DNA of 52,899 bases, filler included, from Bipalium vagum (taxonomy: Eukaryota), in assembly GCA_037834085.1 (NCBI GenBank). It is 3 parts of 3 records of this genome, joined end to end, with 100 filler letters (N's around TTAATTAATTAA, not from the genome) between each part and the next. Parts side by side here need not be neighbours in the genome. Positions count along the whole stretch, not along the records: positions 1 to 16,501 come from JBBMKC010107973.1; positions 16,602 to 33,713 come from JBBMKC010078210.1; 1 more part is not named here. One strand, written 5' to 3'. The notes beneath the pieces were generated by a model. That model saw nothing but the letters and a program-made list of their open reading frames with translations, was not told the origin of the DNA and made no database searches. Shown in pieces: positions 12,801 to 23,665 of the stretch. The position numbers and the translations under genes are program-made. Position 1 is the stretch's first letter, and each line of letters begins with the position of its first letter.

Positions 12801-13563
12801 TATTTCATTTTGTTGTAACCTTCATTTGTTTTAATATTCAAATTTAGAATTACTCTGAATATTTTGATCATATAAAGATTTAAATCGAATTAATTAAAAA
12901 TCAAACTTAACAAAATCAACTTTTCGAAACGATTTATAAAAAAAATTTTAAATTGTTAAATTAACCTGACAAGTAAAAAAATAAATAATTTTAAAAAATA
13001 TGTATAATTATATTTAATAATAATAATTCATAGTAAAATTAATGATATTTTAATTTAAATCTCTTATTTATTTTTCAATTATATTAGAGTAGATTTCAAA
13101 ATATAGAAGATGAATTTCCTGGAGATTTTAAATTTTAAATTCTTTTTTTTGTTTAAACTAAATTAACTTTATGTTCATTTTCTTTAGTCCAAAAATATTC
13201 TATTTTTTCATATTAAATTTTCATTCAGCAGTAGAGTCGACTTTCTTGTCGACCTTTACGTATCTCATACGAAAAGTGATTTATAAAGACGTTTACTGTT
13301 TAAAGTAAAATAGTCTACCAATGTTGACGGATATTTCCATCTTTAACCTTTCAAATGAAGCATTTAAACAAAATTTTGAAAAATGTCATAATCAATTAAA
13401 AAATGTTACACATTCCAAAACATACTCTAACATAAATATTAACAAAAACCAAATTATCCATTTTATGCAGTAAAATAGAAACGCCTACTTTTTCTTTAAT
13501 TAATAAAGAAAAAGGAAAGTTTAAACAACAAAATGATCTTGAAAAAACAATTGGTGACGAGTG

Positions 13564-13771
13564 TTACCTTTTAATCAGTCTTCCAGCGTCTATTGCGTCT
13601 ATATAATATGTCCTTTTGGGAGCCGTCTTGACGTAATCTCTTCTCAGGGCATACGGCTGAGCTTTTCTGAATTGAATATACTCATTTTTATGTCACTCAA
13701 TCAATCAGCACTCACTGGAAAATAAAAGAAATCGTCAACATGATCAGTGAAAACCGGAAAAATATGTTCAT
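13564..13771 (-). CDS. Small secreted prepropeptide (putative neuropeptide precursor), 52 aa, complement(join(13564..13666,13716..13771))
   Basis: ATG at 13771; 49-nt gtgagt...ttcag intron (13667-13715); TAA at 13564-13566. Protein MNIFFRFSLIMLTISFIFQKAQPYALRRDYVKTAPKRTYYIDAIDAGRLIKR has a hydrophobic signal peptide and RR/KR sites. The peptide is conserved, with synonymous changes, in paralogous exons at 7187-7265 and 1147-1225. Confidence 0.85.
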
Positions 13772-14124
13772 CTTTATCTTTAATTTTTTGTTTTTATTAA
13801 TAGAATTTATAAGGTGGCTAAAATAATGAAATTCTATTTATTAATGAAATAGAAATAATAATCCGCCAATGAAAAGCTGTCCATTTATTTCAGGATATTT
13901 AGTGGTCAAATGTCATTTCTGCTCATGGGGGACTTTAGCTTTTGGACTTAAATGGGATATTAAGTATCTATAGAAGAAAATTGTGTCAATAAAAATTGTT
14001 TCAATGTTTTCAGATTTATTTTTTATATTTATATTTTTATGTAATTTTATTAATTATCAAAATTTAAATATTATTTATTATATTTTTTGCATTACTTACT
14101 TTATTAATATTTTTTTAAAATTAC

Positions 14125-14790
14125 CATGTAGTGGTTAATTCCCACAAAATTTGACAGATGAAGAAAATGGGTTAAATGTTTCCAAAAATGTTACAGAAAT
14201 TTAACAGACCTCGTTCAAATTTAATTTACAACATATCGGTTGATAAATGTGGGTTTGTTCGTTTGACCCTAAAAGTAAACAAAAATTCACTGGTTGGGTA
14301 TTTGAAGACATATCTCAATAAACAAAAGTTGTTTGGTTCCACAGAGATAAATAGGAAATTATTGAATATTTCCTCGTTTTTAAGAGACACTTGGAAACGA
14401 TAACTTAAGCGAATCAAAGGACCATCAAGGCTTAATGGTATTTAGAAGTTTGCTTACCTCATGTGATTTCCAAAATTAGAAGCAATAATCGAAATCTATA
14501 AATTATTCGTCATCAAGACATACAAATCTCATACAGTCCGTCAAACCATAGATATCACAGCCATTAGAATCTGTAATTAATGGCACAGCCTGTATTCACC
14601 TGACTTATGACTTCTTTATCTCTAAACTATCAAAAAGAAATTACGGGGTAAGCAGTTCTCGTCACTTGAAACAGCTTTTAAAAAATTCAAGGTTTTCGTA
14701 TCTAAACTTAAGAATAAAAAAAAATTCGAAACGAAAATTTGTTCGATCGCATACAAAGGTATGTTAACGTTTATTGGATTGGTTATTTTG
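14125..14790 (+). mobile_element. Decayed mariner transposase fragment
   Basis: IP..LTDEE, KMLQKFNRPRSNLIYNI, WVCSFDPKSKQK..WVFE, YSPDL, KKKLRGKQFSSLE. Confidence 0.75.
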
Positions 14791-15199
14791 CGTTGCTCTG
14801 CAGCAGAATAAGTTAATGTTGGAAAAAAGCTGGTAATTTTCTTTTTTCTTAACACAAGTATTACCTTCTACGATTGTCCTGGGAGATTTATTTCTTACAA
14901 TATATTACAATTTCGTTAACACTTAAACACCAATCAAATGAATTTAAGTTAAGTTGGTGTCGAACTGGGTGGAAACGTCCCATTATTTTACATGATTTTT
15001 CGACAGTTATACATCAAATATTATAAATAATTTAACGTTTGTTTAAATTTGAGCATTTTTAGCTTTTTTTAAAAAAATTTTAATATCAGAAAGTTTTGGT
15101 TCTAGTACTGAATCCGATATTAGTATATCGGATGCTAATTTGAACAGTTTGGTCGTGGTTTGTCATCTATTTGTGACAATGAAAATGAAATTATGTCTA

Positions 15200-16400
15200 C
15201 CTTTACGGAACCATTTGGCAGGTTAAATCTATGTAAGTAGACGCAGAAAAGCATTAAATGCGACGAGAACACATTGATGGATTAAGTGTTCATGGTCGTT
15301 GCAATTGTCGTAATAATGCTACCAGAATATATTTTTTGATTAGACTGCCTTGGAAATTATCCTGGAATGTATCAAAAATAAAACAAATAGTATGCAGTTG
15401 AACTAGTTAGATATATTGGATTGACTATTTTAGTAGGTCTGTACAAATATCGAGAAGAGTCGATAAAATCTATATGATCAAAAGCAGAATGGCGAAAATG
15501 CATAAGCCAGCTTATTATTTGATACAGATTTGAATTAATTACCAAATATATCAGATTTGACTTATGTGGAACCATACAGAGAAGACCTCTTGTCTGTGAA
15601 AGTTCCCATCGATGGGATGTTCTATAAATGGGACCAAAAGTTTTCTAATCACTTTTAATATGTCACTGTTGATGAAACGATTGTGCAGTTCTGAGTACGG
15701 AGTTTCAAGCAGTATATACCTAAAAACCTTCAAAACATGGTATATAGTTCTAGCTCCTTGTGATGAATCAATTGAATAATGTCTTCGAATAATGCATTGT
15801 CTCGGAAAAAATAATGAAACAAATCGACCTCCAGCCAACAGTTCAGAAGAACAAATGTTTTTGGCATTTACGATCGACCTTGTCACAGACATTTTTTTAC
15901 TTCACAGAATCTCTTACGAAAACTAGGTGTTCATAACTTGGGTTTCGAAGGAGTAATATGAAATAATCACTAAGAACCTCCGAAAGAGTTTGTCTACAGA
16001 AAAAATAGGGCTGGTTCATAGATTTTTGGTGTCAGTGCAAATGCAACTTTGATTTCTTATGCGCCTGAAGATAACAGACAGTGGCACTACTGTCAAGTGT
16101 TTATTGATAATTTGACAAAGCAATCATTGATAATATTGGTAAATATTGGGATGATCATTTGGATCAAATGTTGAGAATGCGAAATTAAAACATCAAGATG
16201 GCCAAAATATGTATTTTAACCAATGATTGGTGTCACATCGTTCAACTCAATTTTTCTTTGGCACGAGATCAATGGGCATAAAAACGGAAATCGAAGACAA
16301 TTTCTAAATATACTTGGAGCCGAACTATGTGAAAGTGAATAAGATGATCACGGTTGTATGTACTTTACAAACGCACTTCCTCAATGTAGAACTCCTAATA
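15200..16400 (+). mobile_element. Decayed piggyBac-family transposon
   Basis: YVTVDETIVQF*VRSFKQYIPK.PSKHGI, VTD.FFTS, ATLISYAPEDNR.VALLSS, DHLDQM, SRWPKYVF; many frameshifts. Confidence 0.85.
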
Positions 16401-16501
16401 AAGGGTGGTCAAGGTTTTATTTCCCGATGTTCAAAGGTAAATAAAATTTGAACTGAATGAAATTTTTTAAAACTTTCTTTGGAAATACAAAGAACACAAA
16501 T

Positions 16502-16601
16502 NNNNNNNNNNNNNNNNNNNNNNNNNNNNNNNNNNNNNNNNNNNNTTAATTAATTAANNNNNNNNNNNNNNNNNNNNNNNNNNNNNNNNNNNNNNNNNNN
16601 N
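16502..16601. other. Scaffolding gap: 44 N + TTAATTAATTAA + 44 N (artificial spacer)
   Basis: Exactly 100 nt, six-frame stop linker, identical to 33714-33813. Confidence 0.98.
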
Positions 16602-16810
16602 GTAGAATTGCGGAAGAAAATCCACTTTTCGTCCCCTGTAACAATTCTTTTCCAAAATCGAATGTCTTGTGGATTTGTAAGTAGTTTATGGAAAACTTCA
16701 ATTCGATGCTTACTTTGATTTTCTGTTAAAATGTGTGGAACTCATACTCAAACAACATAATACATTGAATAATTTATCTAAAAGTGATCGGCAGCCGAAA
16801 AATATAAAAT
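16602..16810 (-). mobile_element. Mariner fragment truncated by the gap
   Basis: *VPHILTENQSKHRIEVFHKLLTNPQDIRFWKRIVTGDEKWIFFRNS. Confidence 0.85.
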
Positions 16811-17689
16811 GATCTAAAAGATTATTTATTCGTATATCAATTTAAAATCACAAAAAACAGCAATTTGGTTTTTAGCTTGTTTGCAGCTAAGAAATCCTTA
16901 TTAAATGAATTAAATTAATAATCCCTTACAGTAGTTCAAAGACTATGTAAAGCTGTATCCTTTTTTTAAAAATGTCATATTTTTCAATGAATGTAGGATA
17001 GAACTGTTCTACAGAAGAAGAAAATACATCCGCAGACAACAAAGATCCAGATATGATCCTAAAGAACCCTCAGAAATTTGGTACTGTTTACGTTTAATTG
17101 TTTGGGAAGACATTGATTTTATTTCTCATCTTGCCAAAATAGACATTTACTTTCTGAGATCTATTTAGTAAGAATTGTTTATTTTCTACTTCAGGAGAAT
17201 CAACCTGTCTGGTCGTTATTTATGAATTCAATTCATTAACTCATTTAATAGATAATTGACTTGCATTTGATTTGATTAGCTTGTTTTATATTTGATTAAA
17301 ATTATTATTATTCTCATTTGCTTTGTGCTGCCATTTCCATAGTGAATATTTTATTTATTTACAACAATTTACAATAACATAATCAATAATCTCAGAGACT
17401 ACAATAAATGTTCAAAGGTCACAGAAAATATTAACATATCTTTCAAATATCAATAAGATCAAATGTCAAAATGTTAATGAAAAGTTAATAAAAACAAACA
17501 AGAATAAATTTTTAATTAAATAAATGTCAATAAAATTAAAGTTAAGGTTAACTCAAAAAATTAAAGAGCCCTCTCATCCTAAGCGACAATGAGGCCAAGG
17601 ATCGTCCGCCTACGGATTCCCAAACTCGATAGGTTCCATTGTAAAATCCTATTTTAAATTGGCCATAATATTAATAATGTTTACAAAAA

Positions 17690-17830
17690 ATTCTTTGGAT
17701 AATCTTCTTCCTTGTCCTGGTCTCAGAAAAACAAAATTTTCTTCTTATTGATTAGATAAAACAAAACCAAAAATATTTGAGCTATCTTTTTTTGTGCGAA
17801 TTTCTTGATTGAAATCTTCACCTTATATGA
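17690..17830 (-). mobile_element. Tc1-like N-terminal (HTH) fragment
   Basis: KKIAQIF...RPGQGRRLS motif. Confidence 0.4.
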
Positions 17831-18025
17831 TCTTAGAGATTGGTCTATGACTGCTAATCTCGAAGTTTGAAAAGCTATTTCCTATAATAGCCCATTAATT
17901 CCAATATGTGTCAGCTACTTAAAGACAAAAATTGATATTAAAGATAAGTAATTTTTTTAATGAAAAGAATGTATATTTTTAAGCAATATTAGAAACTTTA
18001 TTTGTTTTAAGTACACAAGTTTTAT

Positions 18026-18210
18026 TTATTCAATAAAATCGTCTTCAATGTCAAATACAGCTTCAAGACGGCTTCTGAAAAGCTTAAAAGCCATGATCAA
18101 ATGGTTTTTGTTCATATTTATTATAGCAGAACTTATAGAAGCCCGTAATGAATCTTTGGTATTATGAGGATGTTTGTTCGTCTTCTTCTCTACGGCGCCC
18201 CATACGATAC
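18026..18210 (-). mobile_element. maT/DD37D-type transposase C-terminal fragment
   Basis: VWGAVEKKTNKHPHNTKDSLRASI...FRSRLEAVFDIEDDFIE. Confidence 0.75.
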
Positions 18211-21031
18211 ATACACTCTTTGACAAAATTATTTGCCCATTGTATATTAGAATGAATATTTTTTTATATTTTGTCATCATTATGCGTCATAATAAAACAA
18301 GGATATTTAACACAAAAATACTTTATTTAATCAAATAAACATTATGACATTACGAACATTCCAATGCATCCCCATTTGACTGAAATATCGACCTTCATTA
18401 ACATCAAAATTTAATCAATTACAATAATATATATAATATACAGATATATGTAATGGGCAAATAATTATGTCAAAGAGTATATATATATATTTATATTTAC
18501 TTAAAATATTTATTTATTTTTATAAATGAAAATTATAATTTGATATTGTTTTATTATTTAAAACATTTTAGTTTTATTTTTCATATATTGAGTAAAGAAA
18601 TGATTTCTTATCTTATTGATCTAAATTCGGATATTTCAATTATCCCAATGATGGGGAATCTTTAAGATTCTTTCATATTTTGTACGATATTGACAAATAA
18701 AAGTTATGGTAAGACTTTAATGTGATGCTGTATAATTATTTAATATAATTACTTCTGCTATAAATCATAAATAAATGTCATCATATTCGATTGAAACATT
18801 GTGATTTATTAGATCCAGCTTTGCTTATGAATATTAATAGTTGTCAAACGTAATATTTGATAGTTTTTCTTGTAAAAGTAATTTTAACATATTTTTTAAT
18901 AATTTTTGAAACAATAATAAATCTTTTCACTTGAATCTATTAATTGGTTACGGGTTTCTTTTATTAATAATAAGTGAAGATATATATTTTTAATTTTTGG
19001 AAACTTCCTTTTTATAAATCTGATATAATTATTAATAATACGCTCTGTTAAGCTCATATTAAGCCTTTATAAGAATAAATCGCAAAAATAAAATATAATT
19101 AATTTTACTTATCTTATTTTTATTTATAAAAAAATTTTATTTTTATTATATATAAAAAATTTTATGAGTAATATAGAAAATCTAAATTTGTGAATTTCTT
19201 TACTTAAATAATAACTGTTAAAACCTTTTAGAAAATCAAATAACATTTTTTTTGGAACTTAATATATTATTTATCTATATTCTTTACATTTTGTATTTTT
19301 AAATTTTATAATTTCTGGTTTAATTAATGGGTATAAAATTCTCAAAAAGGATAAATTAACCCATTTCATTCCAGAATTCAAAAGGACAAAGAAATTTGAT
19401 TTACTTAGTGTATAATAGTTTATAGTGACCTATTAAGTTTCATAAAATTAAAAAAAATGAGATGAAATTTGAAAAGAAAATTGCAAAGTAAAGTGTATTA
19501 ATGCGCAATTAAAATATATTGCCTCTGTAGTGATTTAAATTAAGTTATATTTAGTAAAATCTTCAAATAATGTGTAAATTTCAAATATTAGTTTGAAAAA
19601 TGGGATCAATAATCATTTTACTTGGAACTTCCATTTAAAAAAATTTAAAACAGGTATTTTATAATCAAACAAACATTTTTTATTCAATTATCCAATTCCG
19701 TGAGGGTTGATGATGATCTAAACACAGTTTTTGTATTTTTTCACCATTCTTCAAACATATTACTCATTTAACTATAGGTATTGTTTTAATGCTTTCTTAT
19801 ACTTTTAAAATTCTTTTTAAATTCTCACAAATTTGTTTAAATGAAAGTGAAATTGTACAAATACCTGTTTCAATAATATTTATATTATTCATAGTTTACA
19901 ATGTGAATAAATAATTGTTTAAACTGCTCTAATTTTTTTAAAAAAATAAAAAAAAATTTACAAAACAAGAAATAACTTGGGACTAGACTTTCCGGAAAAA
20001 TAAAAAGGAAATATCAGAGCTTAAAAAAGATCCCACGTAATTAACTTTGAACTGAATAAAAATGAAAATACGGTAGCTTTTTTCTCGTTAAATGTACACT
20101 TTTAAAACTTTATATATTATAATAGTTACATATTTTTATTAATGTAAATATTATTTAACCTTCATATTTCTATTTAAACTTATCATTAAAAAATTAAAGA
20201 TTAAATATATAAAAACTATAATTAATAATTTATTTGTGAAACAAAGTATGTCAACATCTCTATTAAAACAATGACAATTAATTCTTCACATTGGAAATGT
20301 AATTATAAAATATATGATTTATTTTATGTATGATAATAACTTTGTAATAATAACAAAAAATATAAACCCTATAAAATCAATTTAGATAACAATAGTAAAA
20401 AGTTCGAGATTAATTGATAGATTAAGACGAGTAGATAATAAAAATATAAATAATTAATAGTTACAACAAGTTTTACTTTTGTCTTTATTGACCTTTATTT
20501 TTAATATTTATTACTTTATTATTTTCAGTACTCCTTATAAATCAGTGTATTAAGATTGATGTTTGAAAGGTAAAAGCAAGTGGCAATATATATTTGCACT
20601 ATAAATTCAATTGAGAAATAAATAGTAAACATTATGTCTACATTAAATAACAAAGAGTTTTTTCACAGAATGTTGTTTCAACAAATATAATATAAATATT
20701 TTCACAATTAAAATATTTTGAAATAAATAAAAATGTTTACAGGTACAACGGACAAAATTGTCAATAAAAGCTGTTTGCACTGTCAATTTTCAAATAAAAA
20801 ACGAAAGTAATCAAAATATTTCACATTTATTCTGAATAAAAAATTCATAAAATATTTTTATCTAACTAGGTTTCTTTTAATTTTTTATTATAAAAATCTA
20901 CGAAGGGTACGAAGTCTTTTATAAACCTTCTTAATTGAATATTGGTATGAAGGAGTTAATAGGATTATAATTAAATGATGATTAAATGATCATTATAACA
21001 ATGCTTATTGCCTTTGAGTATTTAATTTATA

Positions 21032-22111
21032 CTACCTCTATTCAGAAATGATTGTCCGTTTTTATGCTTTAGTTAGCATAAGAACATTAATTATTAACTT
21101 ATCTTTTTTTACTTTATTTTATTTATTATGATCATAGCAAGCTGTGCATTAATTTATATTCTCTTAAGTCACGTTTTCTTTGCATAATATGGTCTAAAAA
21201 TTTCACATTTTGAAAAATTTAAAATATGTTTTTATTATTGAATTATCAATTTTTTAAAAAATTCAAATTTGAAAAGATGGAATCATGTCAACGAAAGAAA
21301 AACCTGTCTGATGATCAAAGAAATGGTATTATACAATCTCTCCGTAGACTAGAATAGAAAATTTGATGGTAAGATTGGTATTTGGCCTCTTGTAGAATAT
21401 GTACCTGCAGTACGTAGCTCAAAGAACCGGTCAAAAGGGACAATTGTAACAAAACCAATTGAAGTAAATAGAGAGATTTACACTAAACTTATAACTGAAA
21501 AAGTAATTCCTGCAATCAAAAGCAAATGGCCAGAGAACAACAAATCCATTCAAAAATAGATTCAACAAGACAATGCTCGTTTTCATGCGAAAGTTGATGA
21601 TGACAAAATCCAAGAAGCCGGCCACATAGATGGGTGGAATATTTCCTTAATGTGTCAATCTCCTAATAGTCCTGATTTTAATGTACTGAATTTGGGATAT
21701 TTTAATTCTATTCAATCTCTTCAATACCAACACTCTCCAAAGAATATCGATGAGCTCATTGATATAGTTCAACGTTCCTGGGAAGAGCAACCGGTGGAAA
21801 AAATTGAGAATATATTTTTGTCGTTCCAAACAGCATTAGAATCATCAATGCTAGTTGAAGGTGACAATACTTATAAATTACAACACATTGGCAAAGTTGA
21901 GAAGAGAAATGTTGGACGATTTCCTGTAATGTTAAACTGCAGCAGAGGCGATCAAAACTGCCCAAAATTGTTTAAATACAAATTTATTAATTTATTATTT
22001 ATCACTTTATTTATTATTATTACAAATTAATTTATTATTAATTTATTATTATTACAAATTTATTATTATTTTTTTTTATCAAAACGGACAATCATTTCTG
22101 AACAGAGGTAT
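21032..22111 (+). mobile_element. Internally deleted DD39D ('plant-type' mariner) element with both TIRs and a TA target duplication
   Basis: 31-bp TIRs ctacctctattcagaaatgattgtccgtttt (2 mismatches) flanked by TA; FDGKIGIWP, SSKNR, VIPAIKSKWP, QQD-39aa-N(D)LGYF..IQSLQ. Confidence 0.92.
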
Positions 22112-22259
22112 TAATATATTCAAAAGAAACTTAATAACTTTAATGTAATATTAGAATTGTTTAAATGACACATTTTAACTTATTAAATTAATCACGATCT
22201 TTAAAATGATATTTATAAGTAAGATAAACATATCAGTATTATTACTTTATTTACATTTT

Positions 22260-23150
22260 CAGAAATGTCTCTCAAGAATCGTTGCAAATTTTTACAATAG
22301 AAACATACATTTAAAGAAAACTGTTATTGCTGTGCCTTTCATAAAGGTATACCCAAATCAAATGTTTACCGGCTAATATCATGGGCTGAAAACGGTGAAA
22401 GAAAAAACCCAACCCAAAATTGCGACGAAATCCAACCTGAAATTGTTAGAAAAAAATGAACAATATTTGTGGAATTAACCAAAATCCGGTACCAAGAATA
22501 TGAAATGTTCTGAGCCAAAGTTTTAATGATGTTAAAGAGACATACAGATATCCAATGTTTTAAGAAAAGTAAAAAATTGAAACGATCACTATTACACCTG
22601 AAACAAATGAGGCTGAATACCGAAATTTTTACAATACATACAATATTTTTATTTAGATGATGAATCTTATTTACGTTATTCAACAGTACAAAACCTGGAA
22701 ATTTCCACTATTATTCGAATGATGTGAAAATTACTGCGGATCATGTTAAACATCAATTAAAGTCCAAATGTGAACAAAAAGTATTGATTTGGATATCTTT
22801 TTCATCTTTAAGTGTTTCCAATTCATTTTTTGTGAAACCAAAGCAAACAATTAACCAAGATGTGTACTTTAATGAATCAAGAAACACAATAATTACGTAT
22901 TTTAGCCTGATCTGGTTTTATCTCACTACGCAAAAAAGGTCGAGAAGTAGCTCACATATAAAGATGTGAATTTTGTTGAAAAATTGGATAGCTCGGCAAA
23001 TGTTCCTGAAGAATAGCCAATTGACGACTTTTGGGTAGATTGGAAGCGAGCTATATATAATAAGGAGCCCAAAATTCTCGGAAACTTAAATAATGAATAT
23101 CTTATTGTTTAAAAAATGGATATGAAGAGTATACAATATAGTCAAAAGTT
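22260..23150 (+). mobile_element. Decayed DD37E (ITmD37E-type) Tc1/mariner element
   Basis: LDDESY, KVLIWISFS, INQDVY, PDLVLSHYAK-...-ANVPEE*PID(E)DFW with 37-residue spacing. Confidence 0.8.
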
Positions 23151-23432
23151 AGACTATATATAAGAATTATAAATGTGAGTATTTGAACATATTTTGGAAT
23201 TTTAAAATTTTTATAAAGTGTCTTTTTTAAAATCCGATATGAATATTCATTAATTTAATGTATTAGTTAATTTTAAAATTTTATTTTAATTTTAAAATAT
23301 CTTTTTAAAAAATAATAAGAGACACTTTATTTAAATTTATTAATTTACGCAAATTTGTTTAAGTATTTTTATTTTTATTAGATTAATAAAATTTTTGAAA
23401 TTATGTCTGAATTTATTAAAATAGCTGCTAAC

Positions 23433-23665
23433 ATGGCGACCACAGCCAGAGAAATTTTAGCCAATTCTCTCAGGCCGGAAATTTTTAGAAGATCAGACGA
23501 TGTCGAGAAATTCCTTATCAAGTGTAAGGACTATTTCGATATGTTAGGTCTCCCAAAGAATATAAGAGGGCTTGCAGTGATAGTTTTGATTGAAAACGAC
23601 CTCAGAGAAAAATATGAGGTAACGGATCTGAAAGCCGATTATGAAGATCGACTAAGAAACGCTTT
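23433..23665 (+). mobile_element. gag-like N-terminal fragment, probably from an LTR (Ty3/gypsy-type) retrotransposon
   Basis: LRPEIFRRSDDVEKFLIKCKDYF...YEDRLRNA resembles the 'PEIF..GDDI..F...E.YF' start of gag proteins; ends abruptly at a TA run. Confidence 0.5.

Noticed and set aside
13564-13620. YYIDA..GRL as a SET-domain or Harbinger (GAIDG) fragment
   Set aside because: No NHS motif or other domain context; the frame ends at KR-stop and is preceded by a signal-peptide exon
15372-15892. Minus-strand ORFs of 67 and 113 aa
   Set aside because: Antisense shadows of the decayed piggyBac transposase
17015-17080. Possible 66-nt phase 1-1 exon (EENTSADNKDPDMILKNPQKF)
   Set aside because: No recognisable product or partner exons, not CaMKII-like; more likely TE debris
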